Assembly (NCBI GenBank): GCA_964019335.1 | Contig: OZ025678.1 | Span: 551,302 to 615,301 of the forward strand | DNA from: Diplonema japonicum | Taxonomy: Eukaryota; Protista; Euglenozoa: Diplonemea | Reading direction: 5' to 3' | Length of the DNA stretch: 64,000 nucleotides | Shown: positions 49,340 through 58,960 of the stretch, piece after piece | How the letters are laid out: every line of letters begins with the position of its first letter | How positions within the stretch are numbered: position 1 is the stretch's first letter | Position numbers and translations under genes: made by a program | The notes under the pieces: generated by a model | Seen by the model: only the letters and a program-made list of their open reading frames with translations | Databases searched by the model: none | What the model was told of the DNA's origin: nothing

Positions 49340-49948
49340 ATGGACCCTAGACGAAACGTCGTCGGAGACCGCCGCCCGCAGGAGGAACGCCTACGAGAGA
49401 CGCCGACCAAGCCGACCACCCGACCAGACCGAAATCTGGCCGGGCAGTATGACCCTCCCCTCCCCTTAGATCCCCCGATTCCGCAGCCGCCGCCGCCACC
49501 CGCCTGGAAGACTGAGAGGGGGGAAAAAAAGAAAGAAGGAGGGTGGGTGCTCATGGGAGGGGACCACCCCCCGGGCTTAAGAACAGGCCCGGCCCCCACC
49601 CACCCAGAGACCTTGCTCTCGGGGGGGTGGGAGTCCATTTCGGGGAACAAAGGGAGGTAAACCCTCCAATTTGGTTTCAGGTGGGTGGGTGCCCGTGCCA
49701 AAGTGCGCCGCACCACCCCGATCCCAGAGGGGGCTAGGGGTTGGGTGGCGGAGGTGGCCACCGCAGCGGGGCTGGGGATCACCCCAGACCAGGTGCTCGT
49801 GAATCGATACGAGCCTGGGTGTGGAATTGCCCACAACACCGACGACACAAGGTTGGGACCAGTGGTCCTCAATCCAACTCACAGCCTTCACGTGGCGTCC
49901 CCTGTAATTATGGCCCTGCGAGAAGGAGTCCAGGCTTGGAGGTTATAG
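49340..49948 (+). pseudogene. AlkB/2OG-Fe(II) oxygenase-like pseudogene within an SL-headed, poly(A)-tailed retrocopy
   Basis: R*TLQFG...PDQVLVNRYEPGCGIAHNTD...GPVV matches the AlkB N-Y-xPGxGIxxHxD region. In-frame TAA at 49658-49660, N at the expected His position, C-terminal half missing; poly(A) at 50094-50156. Confidence 0.65.
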
Positions 49949-50091
49949 TTGGGAGGAGATGGGGTGGGGAGGGAAAGATAGAACCTTTCAATTACCTTTC
50001 ATCCAGTGCATTTTTGCCTTTTTATCGGGAGCTCGTTTTTCAGAGGGGATAGTCCGTTGAAAAGACACACGATCTCATGATAATACACATG

Positions 50092-50156
<65 letters not shown>

Positions 50157-50158
<2 letters not shown>

Positions 50159-51035
50159 ACGAGTCCTCCCTACTCTACGAGAGACTCCAAAGAATGGAGA
50201 ACACAACAGGCAAGAGGGCAGTGGAAGGACCGGGAAAAGGCAAGTCATGGCTAAAAAAGGCGAGCGACAGAGACAACCAGCTGACGGCCCTGAGAAGACA
50301 CGGAAGAGCACCCCTACAACGACAATCACCCATCCCCCCATGGGAATGGACAATCTTGAACAACCTCAAAATAAGAGCAGAAGGGAGCGGAACGAAGAAA
50401 AAATCGAAAGATGATCAACTGGAAGCAGCACGCGAGATCATCCGGAAACCCCCCAAAGCAGAGGTAACCGTGTACACGGACGGATCCGTGGAGAAGGGGA
50501 CGGAGGTGCAGGTGTGAACATACAAATGGAAGGCGAACAGATAAAAATCAGCAAAGGGGTGTGCAGCTCATGCGATAGCTTCCAAGCAGAACTCACGGCG
50601 ATGGAGGAAGCACTCATCCAGCTGTTAAAGACCGGAAAGAACAATGTGCAGATCAACATCCTGACAGACTCGATGTCTTGTCTGCAGAAATTGAAGCAGG
50701 GCCAGCACGACAACCAGAAAGCATTACGAACAGGGTCTGGAGCCACCTGCACGAGCTGCTGAAGAGAGGGAACCGCATAACCTGCTGCTACATACCCAGC
50801 CACTGCGGGGTGGAAGGAAACGAGACAGCGGATACCCTCGCACGAGAAGGCACCAAGCAGGAGTACACGCAAGAGCTCAGCTTCGGAGCAGCGAAGAATT
50901 ACCTGCGATGCTTGGCAAAAGAGGAATTCGCAAAATGGAAGAGCGAGATGTGCAAAGAGTCAGTCTACCACAAGGTAACGCAAGGAAAAGACGCTCCAAA
51001 GAGGATGGTAGGACTGGACAGAAGGGAGGAGGGGT
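50157..51035 (+). mobile_element. degenerate Ingi/L1Tc-like non-LTR retrotransposon fragment (RNase H region)
   Basis: PPW...VYTDGS, FQAELTAMEEAL, ILTDSMS and YIPSHCGVEGNETADTLA spread over three frames (two frameshifts). Confidence 0.82.
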
Positions 51036-51040
51036 TTTAT

Positions 51041-53120
51041 TTTCCATTACAACAAATCGACAAAGAAAAAAAAAAGGGGACCGGGAGTTTTCCCCCTGAA
51101 GTTCCTTTGTTAAAACATGTTTGCTGTTGGGTTTCCGTTTCTTTTCTTTTTGGTTTAACTAGAATTTTTCCTTCTACAGCTTGCTTGCTGATGGTTTTAA
51201 GTTGATTCTCTTTTATTTTTATTTTTATTTTTGGTTTAACTAGAAGTTTTCCTACAGCTTGTTTGCTGATGGCTTTAAGTTGACTCTTTTTTATTTTTAT
51301 TTTTGGTTTAACTAGAAGTTTTCCTTCTACAGCTTGTTCGCTGACGGGTGGGTTTATCGGGCGGGCTTCCATAGCTGGTGATCTATGGAAGCCTTCCCAA
51401 ATTTTTTCTTTTTTTCAAGGACGGCAAGACCACCAACGGAGGAGAAACCGCTGCAGAAAGGGGAAAGGTGTAGGAAGACGAAGAGGACGAGAGGGCGTCT
51501 CACAAAGACTCCCTTTGATTCATATATCTTTTATTTTCTTTTTATTTTTCTTTGGAGGATCGTGGCGGGAGGGGTTTTCTACACCCACCCAAAGGCGTGG
51601 TACCAGGACAAAATCACCAGACGGGTACCACCCCCAGAGGGCGAGCAGAGCGAAAGCGAGGACAGCTCGGAAGAGGAAGGGGACGAGACACACGAGCGTG
51701 TGAACAAGAGACCAACAACAGACGAAGTCACATGCGACGCGTGCGGTGCGGAGGAGGACGAGAGCAACATGCTGCGACACGCATTATGGGAATGCAGTGT
51801 GGCGAAGGAGGTGCAACAGAAGGAAGTACATGCAGAAGTAGTGGCCAGCAAGACGGAAATGCCAATCTGCATGCAGCTACATGGAACGCTCCCGCGTGGT
51901 CACCGAACACACCAACACCGGCTGAGGAAGACGCAATACTACCTGCTGGAAGTGGTGGCAAAACGGGACCAGCTTCTCCAGGACAAGAGAAAGCTAGAAA
52001 CGTACACGACGCACCCCTGGGAACAGATAACGGAAGGAAACGCTCATGCGCCACCTGAATGGAAGGAGCTGAGGAAGCATGTGAGCGGGAGCCTGATGAT
52101 GAAGCACGGTGAAGACATCGTCAAGTGGCTCAAAAAGCTGAAGTGGTACGATGGACCGAGGAAGACGACAGTCACCACAATGGAACTCGTACTAGACTTC
52201 GAGAACACGCTGGGCGTCGAGCCGATCACGGGGAAGAAGGGTGATCTAGACATGATACAGAAGAAAGCGCGGAGTTTCCACGGCCTCCTGGAAAGAATCC
52301 AAGAAGGGTGGGACACAGCACGCATACAGAAGAAGGTCAGAGGCAAGCGGATCTTCCCAGCGGAGAGCAAGAAGAACCACGCGCTTAGAACCATAGGTGC
52401 GAAGAAGAGTCTGGGATGGAACAGAAGGCCAGTTTTTGCATCAGAGAAAACCAAGAAGGACCTTAAGAAACTGGGCAGAAAGTGGCAAGAAGAAAGGGAG
52501 GATACTTTGAGGAAGGCAACACAGCCAAAAAAGAAAGAAAGGCCGAGGCCCCAGAAGGGGGAAAGGGGTAGATAAGTAGAGACAAGGGGGACGTTCCAAA
52601 ACAGGAACCTCCTTTATCTCATCTCTTATTTTTCTTTTCTTTATTTTCTTTCTCCCAACCCAACCCCCCCCGAAAAAAAAGAAAAGAAAAGAAAAGAAAA
52701 GATTCATTCCTCCCTAGTTTATTATATTTTGCATCAGGTTCGCCGAGAAAATAAAAGGAAAAACAAAGAAAGAGAACGGCAACCAGATTTTAAATTTTTA
52801 TTTTATCATCAAAGGAGGTTTGAAAAAGAGAAAAATTAAAGAGAAGAAAGAGACCTTTTTCTCCTCTGTCGATAAGTGATTCACGAACTCGAATCTTTAT
52901 CACCACTTTTTTGTGCATGCCAGATTTTTTTTTTCTCCCGCCTTGTTAAAGAAGTTTTAATTTACTAATAAAAAAAAAAGTGAAAAGAGGAGTAGAAGAC
53001 GATCCGGTGGGGGGCATGGGAACCATAAACCGTGTCTTCCATCGCGATCGGCAAGGCGGGGGCTTTTCCGTCCCATGGGTGAAAAGAGGCGGATAAAATC
53101 ACTATTCCGGACCCCCCCAA
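51041..53120 (-). repeat. ~1 kb non-coding dispersed repeat, copy A (interrupted by the 51554-52625 insertion)
   Basis: 51041-51553 plus 52626-53120 is the reverse complement of 55443-56410 with scattered differences; internal ~65-70 bp subrepeats. Confidence 0.88.
51554..52625 (+). mobile_element. 5'-truncated LINE 3' fragment with 12-bp target-site duplication
   Basis: Open frame with CDAC...HALWEC zinc knuckle, stop at 52575, ends in (ATCTC)2. TTATTTTTCTTT is duplicated at 51542-51553 and 52626-52637 and is single in uninterrupted copy B. Confidence 0.85.
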
Positions 53121-53128
53121 AAAAAAAC

Positions 53129-54623
53129 GAGTTCTTGAAGGAGGTGGCATCTGAAGCAGCGAAGAGGACGCGACGACACAGGGTGGAGGTCTTCAACGAC
53201 ATGAAGGCCGCAGTGTCGGCGGCCGTGGTCAAGGGCGTGGCGAGGGCGGCCATCAGGAAGGGGAAGGTTCTGGTGGAGAAGATGGAACTGGACTCGGAAG
53301 CGGAGCAGCACTCCCAGGAGGAGAGGAGGGAGCGGGAGGATCAGGAGGCGATGGAACGGGAAGCTGCGGCTACAGGAATGGAGGAGGAGGTAGCTGAGGC
53401 GGCGTTCTACCTGACAGGGATGGCTGCTCTGGCCGCGGCGAAGGCGGCGGAGAACAAGTTCCAGGAGGAGGCAGAGAGGAGGACCGCGAACCTGGCGGCC
53501 GCGGCGGTGGTAGCAGCAGCGTCAGCGGCAGCAAAAGCAGCGGCGGAGCGGGTGGACGCGGAGATGGGAGAGGAGGAGACAGGGAGCGGCACAATCCAAA
53601 ACACAAAAGCTGGCCCTGTGAGGAGCGGAGAGGAAGGAGGGGCCCGGAACCAGGGGGCGGTGGATGGCACAGAAAACAATCAAACAGCTAACCAGCGCAC
53701 CGAGGGGAAGGACCAGCAGGCAGAGACCACGACAGGCACAATCCAAACACACACAGCCGACGGGGTCGAAGCCGAGGACGCACAGGGAAGCCAAGCCATT
53801 CTTCCGGAGATGGAGTTGCGTGACCCGAAGGAGCCGTACATCGTCGTCGCCACGCACCACGGGGATGTGGTCGCGGAAGGGGAGACCCAGTTCGACGCAC
53901 AGGAGTGGCTCCAGAGGGTGAAACAAGTGATGGAGGAGTGCAGCGGGGAGGAGAGCGAAGAGTACTCCCAGCTGCTGCGCGACGAGTGCACCACGTCGGA
54001 CGGGGGAGAGGGGAGGCTGTACGACCTTGTGGCGAGGATAGAGCAAGCACAGGAGGTCCGGCCTGGAGGCAGGAGGGTGACTATCTTCCCCACGGGGGCG
54101 GAAGAGGGGGTGAGCTACACTCTCAATACCCAGCCCGACGTGGATCCCGAGGTGTTCAGGTGGAGGATAGTCGCGAGCAACATGGCGAACGGCACCGAAG
54201 GGAACCTGCACCTGGTGAAGGTGCAAGAGGAGGGTGGGGAAGTGGTCCCCGTGGCGGAGTACCAGAGGGTCTTGGAGGCGCGGAAAAGACACAGGGATTT
54301 CGCGGCGGGGATGAGGCGGGTGAAACAGGAGGAAGGGGCAAACAAGAGGCAGAGGGAGGGGAGCGAGGGGACGATGGTGGGAACCCCGGACGGACAAGGG
54401 AAGTCGGTGGAGGTCCAAAAGTCCAGGAAACAGCTCGCCCCTGCGCGTGGGGTGGAGGCGCAGGAGGAGATGGACACCTATGTCGGGAGGTTGTCACCAT
54501 CATCTTCGGAGGGGGGCTCCCAAAGCGCGACCCCCCGAAGCCCCATCCCCCTTCAGATGGAGGGGGTTGATGACAGCGAGTATAATTGAGAGGGATAGTT
54601 AAATAGGGAAAACTACAAAGGAG

Positions 54624-54654
<31 letters not shown>
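53129..54654 (+). mobile_element. 5'-truncated copy of the CRE-like retrotransposon (3' end, short UTR, poly(A))
   Basis: 53129-53680 reads identical to 63449-64000. TGA at 54587-54589, ~35 nt UTR, then poly(A). Confidence 0.92.
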
Positions 54655-54656
<2 letters not shown>

Positions 54657-54743
54657 AAAAGAAAAAGAAAGAGAGAAAGAAGAGAGGGAGAGAAACAGGG
54701 TTAGTATGCTTTCGTTAAAGCGCTCCCCCATACATGCATTTTA

Positions 54744-54774
<31 letters not shown>

Positions 54775-54828
54775 TAGTCCTTGTTTTCCCTTAACAATGT
54801 TTTGGTCAAAACGTTCTTTAGGGAAGGG

Positions 54829-54865
<37 letters not shown>

Positions 54866-55066
54866 ATAAAAAGAAAGAGAAGAAAGCAATTGATTGTCTG
54901 CTTCTCTTCTCCCTCTCTATTTTTACTTTTATTTTTATTTATTTTAGTCAAAGGGTGCCCCAACCAGCTTCCTTTAAATCATCGAGCTTATTTTTATTTT
55001 TATTTTTAATTTTAGTTTTAGTCTTAAATTGTGTTTTATTTTTATTTTTAGTTTTATTTTTAATTA

Positions 55067-55131
<65 letters not shown>

Positions 55132-55442
55132 CCACACCCAAAAGGGGTGCCAAAATGGGGCTGGACGGACGCAGATGCCTACAGGGGGTTTTTGTAAGTT
55201 TGAAAACCGAAAATTCCGGATGCAAATTTGGCTCCGCGGTGTTCTTGGTGTTCAGGCTCCCTGTCTGCCAGGGCTGGCCCACCATGGCTGTTTTCACCGC
55301 CTTCCTTGGGGCCGTAGGTCTTTTGTTATTTCCCTAAACTCCTTCTCCTTGGCTTTTTTTTTTCTTGGCGTCCGCCGTAAAATTGGTGATATTTTGATAA
55401 ACAAGAGAGGTATGTATGGGGGAAAAAGTGCATGCTCAGTGT

Positions 55443-56410
55443 TGGGGGGGGTCCGGAATAGTGGTTTTATCCGCCTCTTTTCACCCATGGGACGGAAAAG
55501 CCCCCGCCTTGCCGATCGCGATGGAAGACACGGTTTATGGTTCCCATGCCCCCCACCGGATCGTCTTCTACTCCTCTTTTCACTTTTTTTATTTTTTTAC
55601 TAGTAAATTAAAACTTCTCTAACAAGGCGGGAGAAAAAAAAAATCTGGCATGCACAAAAAAGTGGTGATAAAGATTCGAGTTCGTGAATCACTTATCGAT
55701 AGAGGAGAAAAAGGCCTCTTTCTTCTCTTTAATTTTTCTCTTTTTCAAACCTCCTTTGATGATAAAATAAAAATTTAAAATTTGGTTGCCGTTCTCTTTC
55801 CTTGTTTTTCCTTTTATTTTCTCGGCGAACCTGATGCAAAATATAATAAACTAGGGAGGAATGAATCTTTTCTTTTCTTTTCTTTTTTTTTTTCGAGGGG
55901 GGGTAGGGTTGGGAGAAAGAAAATAAAGAAAAGAAAAATAAAAAGAAAATAAAAGATATATGAATTGAAGGGAGTCTTTGTGAGACGCCCTCTCGTCCTC
56001 TTCGTCTTCCTGCACCTTTCCCCTTTCTGCAGCGGTTTCTCCTCCGTTGGTGGTCTTGCCGTCCTTCCCCAGCCCGGCCTGAAAAAAAGAAAAAATTTGG
56101 GAAGGCTTCCATAGGTCACCAGCTATGGAAGCCCGCCTGATAAACCCACCCGTCAGCGAACAAGCTGTAGAAGGAAAACTTCTAGTTAAACCATAAGATA
56201 AAAAATAAAAAAGAATCAACTCAAAACCATCAGCAAACAATCTGTAGAAGGAAAACTCCTAGTAAAACCAAAAAGAAAAGAAACGGAAACCCAACAGCAA
56301 ACATGTTTTAACAAAGGAACTTCAGGGGGAAAACTCCCGGTCCCCTTTTTTTTTTCTTTTGCTAACTTTCTTTTTTTTTTTTTTTCCCCTTTGTCGTTTT
56401 GTTGTAATGG

Positions 56411-56475
<65 letters not shown>
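55443..56475 (+). repeat. ~1 kb non-coding dispersed repeat, copy B, ending in a 65-nt poly(A)
   Basis: Inverted counterpart of copy A; A-run at 56411-56475. Confidence 0.88.
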
Positions 56476-56479
<4 letters not shown>

Positions 56480-56586
56480 GACTGGCCGTTGTTTGTACGT
56501 GCCGGGTAAAACCTGGAGACGTTTGTCAACCCGAAACACGTTGCCAACGTTCCCCTTTTGTTTAGACAAGTCAAAGACTCGTTCTT

Positions 56587-56627
<41 letters not shown>

Positions 56628-56734
56628 GACTGGCCGTTGTTTGTACGTGCCGGGTAAAACCTGGAGACGTTTGTCAACCCGAAACACGTTGCCAACGTTC
56701 CCCTTTTGTTTAGACAAGTCAAAGACTCGTTCTT

Positions 56735-56775
<41 letters not shown>

Positions 56776-56882
56776 GACTGGCCGTTGTTTGTACGTGCCG
56801 GGTAAAACCTGGAGACGTTTGTCAACCCGAAACACGTTGCCAACGTTCCCCTTTTGTTTAGACAAGTCAAAGACTCGTTCTT

Positions 56883-56923
<41 letters not shown>

Positions 56924-57030
56924 GACTGGCCGTTGTTTGTACGTGCCGGGTAAAACCTGGAGACGTTTGTCAACCCGAAACACGTTGCCAACGTTCCCCT
57001 TTTGTTTAGACAAGTCAAAGACTCGTTCTT

Positions 57031-57071
<41 letters not shown>

Positions 57072-57178
57072 GACTGGCCGTTGTTTGTACGTGCCGGGTA
57101 AAACCTGGAGACGTTTGTCAACCCGAAACACGTTGCCAACGTTCCCCTTTTGTTTAGACAAGTCAAAGACTCGTTCTT

Positions 57179-57219
<41 letters not shown>

Positions 57220-57326
57220 GACTGGCCGTTGTTTGTACGTGCCGGGTAAAACCTGGAGACGTTTGTCAACCCGAAACACGTTGCCAACGTTCCCCTTTTG
57301 TTTAGACAAGTCAAAGACTCGTTCTT

Positions 57327-57367
<41 letters not shown>

Positions 57368-57476
57368 GACTGGCCGTTGTTTGTACGTGCCGGGTAAAAC
57401 CTGGAGACGTTTGTCAACCCGAAACACGTTGCCAACGTTCCCCTTTTGTTTAGACAAGTCAAAGACTCGTTCTTGC

Positions 57477-57499
<23 letters not shown>
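56476..57499 (+). repeat. tandem array, 7 copies of 113 nt + poly(A), 148-bp period
   Basis: Units start GAGGGACTGG at 56476, 56624, 56772, 56920, 57068, 57216 and 57364; A35 spacers, last tail A23. Confidence 0.97.
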
Positions 57500-57507
<8 letters not shown>

Positions 57508-57552
57508 GAATTCTAAAGAGGGCTTCCCTCAGGAACCCTTAATGTTGGCTGC

Positions 57553-58404
57553 TCAAGCCCTGGGCCCTTGCGAGCCCAGGGGGGTGGATCGACCACCCTG
57601 GGGCCCCCTCACATCTCGTTGGACAGGGCCCTTCCCGACCTTAGCGGCGCGTTGGGCCGACTGGGTCTCGTGGGAAGGTACCCTTTTTCTGGCGACCTTT
57701 TCCCCGCCCTCTACCCGGACATCGGGGTTGGAAGTTTCTGGGGTACTGACCTCCGGAGAGAGGCGCCCCCCGCCTTCAGCCCCCAGCACGGGAGACTGCG
57801 ACGGACGAGCGGGCGAAGGCTCTCTGTCCACACCGGAGGGGGCCGAATGTGCCTCCATCCCGTCCGACTCGCACAGGTCCGCGGCCATGGACACCACGGG
57901 CGCCTCCGGGAACCTCGCCTCTGGAGAGTAGAGCCCTGCACCGCTCGCCCCCGGAATGGGAGATTGCGCCGTTTCGCCTTCCTCCTGCGGCGGCCTGCTA
58001 CCCACGGCCAAGGGGGTCAGGGAAGGGGGCGGAACCGCTCCGAACAGCACGCGCATGCCAGCGGCCAGGCTCGATTCTCTTACGTCCAGCTGGCCGCGAC
58101 CCTTCTTCACTTTTGGGGTCCGCTGGGCGGACTGAGCCTCATTCGAGGGCACCCTCTTCCTCGCCAGACCCCTGTTCCCACTGACCTCCGGCGAATCAAT
58201 CTCGAGGGGCTCGGGCGCGGTCCCGTCCTCCACCGCCGCTCCCGTCTGGATGGGGGGCTCATTAGCTTCACCTTCCGCCTGGGCAGGGGACTCCCCTCCT
58301 TCCTCCTGGATGTGGGACTCATCACCCTCCGACTGAGTAGGGGATTCGCTATCCTCCACCTGGATGCTGGATCCACTGCCCTCCGTCTGAGTGGGGGACT
58401 CACC
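57553..58404 (-). mobile_element. acidic low-complexity ORF fragment, probably the 3' end of a related retroelement
   Basis: GC-rich block beginning abruptly after an A-rich run. Three ~18-aa ESPxQxEG..IQ repeats and a duplicated ARKRVPSxExQSAQR; composition like the CRE C-terminal tail. Confidence 0.45.
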
Positions 58405-58960
58405 CTTTTTTTGTTGTTTCTTTTTCTTTTTCTTATTTTTCTTTCTATCTTAAAATTTTTAATCTTCCTAGTTTAAAAGTTTAAAAGAAAGAAAATGAAA
58501 AAGATTGTTTGATATGGGTTCTAGGTTTTAAAAAAAAAAAAAAAAAATTAATTAATTCTTTTTCCCTCCTCCATCTCTTCCTCTCAAGTTTCGATAGCCC
58601 TCCCACCCCCCCCAACTTTCTTGAACTTCTTTTCACCTTTTTCCCCCCCTACCTCTCCTTGGTTCCCAGTGAACGAGAAAGAACGAAAGTAAATAAAAAA
58701 AGCCTTTCCCGTCCCTTGTTCACTCCGCCGTGCACCCCGATATCCTCCTCCCTTTAGTTTCTTCCCCCTAGTTTCGCACGGGTGGGTCCATTGTTATTTG
58801 CCAAAAAAAAAAAAACAAAAAAAACAAAAAACCACCCCCACCCCCTGTAGGAGACATACCCATCCCCCCTGAGAGCCACCGGGACCCTGCCCCTAGGCCA
58901 CACACCCAACCCGCACCTGCCCCAGCGAAGGCACCCCTTCCCCCCTATGTAGACGTGCAT

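Noticed and set aside
53075-54589. Independent 504-aa host gene
   Set aside because: The ATG comes from the flanking repeat; from 53129 onward it is the retrotransposon 3' end.
53100-54720. CRE element inserted site-specifically into SL genes, as for SLACS/CZAR/CRE1
   Set aside because: Flanks of the truncated copy and the region upstream of the full copy are A-rich or low-complexity, with no SL sequence.
56513-56545. Hammerhead ribozyme in the tandem unit (CUGGAGA...GAAAC)
   Set aside because: The core deviates from CUGANGA and stems I and II could not be formed convincingly; the rod fold uses the same bases.
56476-57499. CRISPR array
   Set aside because: Spacers are poly(A), the repeats are 113 nt, there are no cas genes, and the context is eukaryotic.
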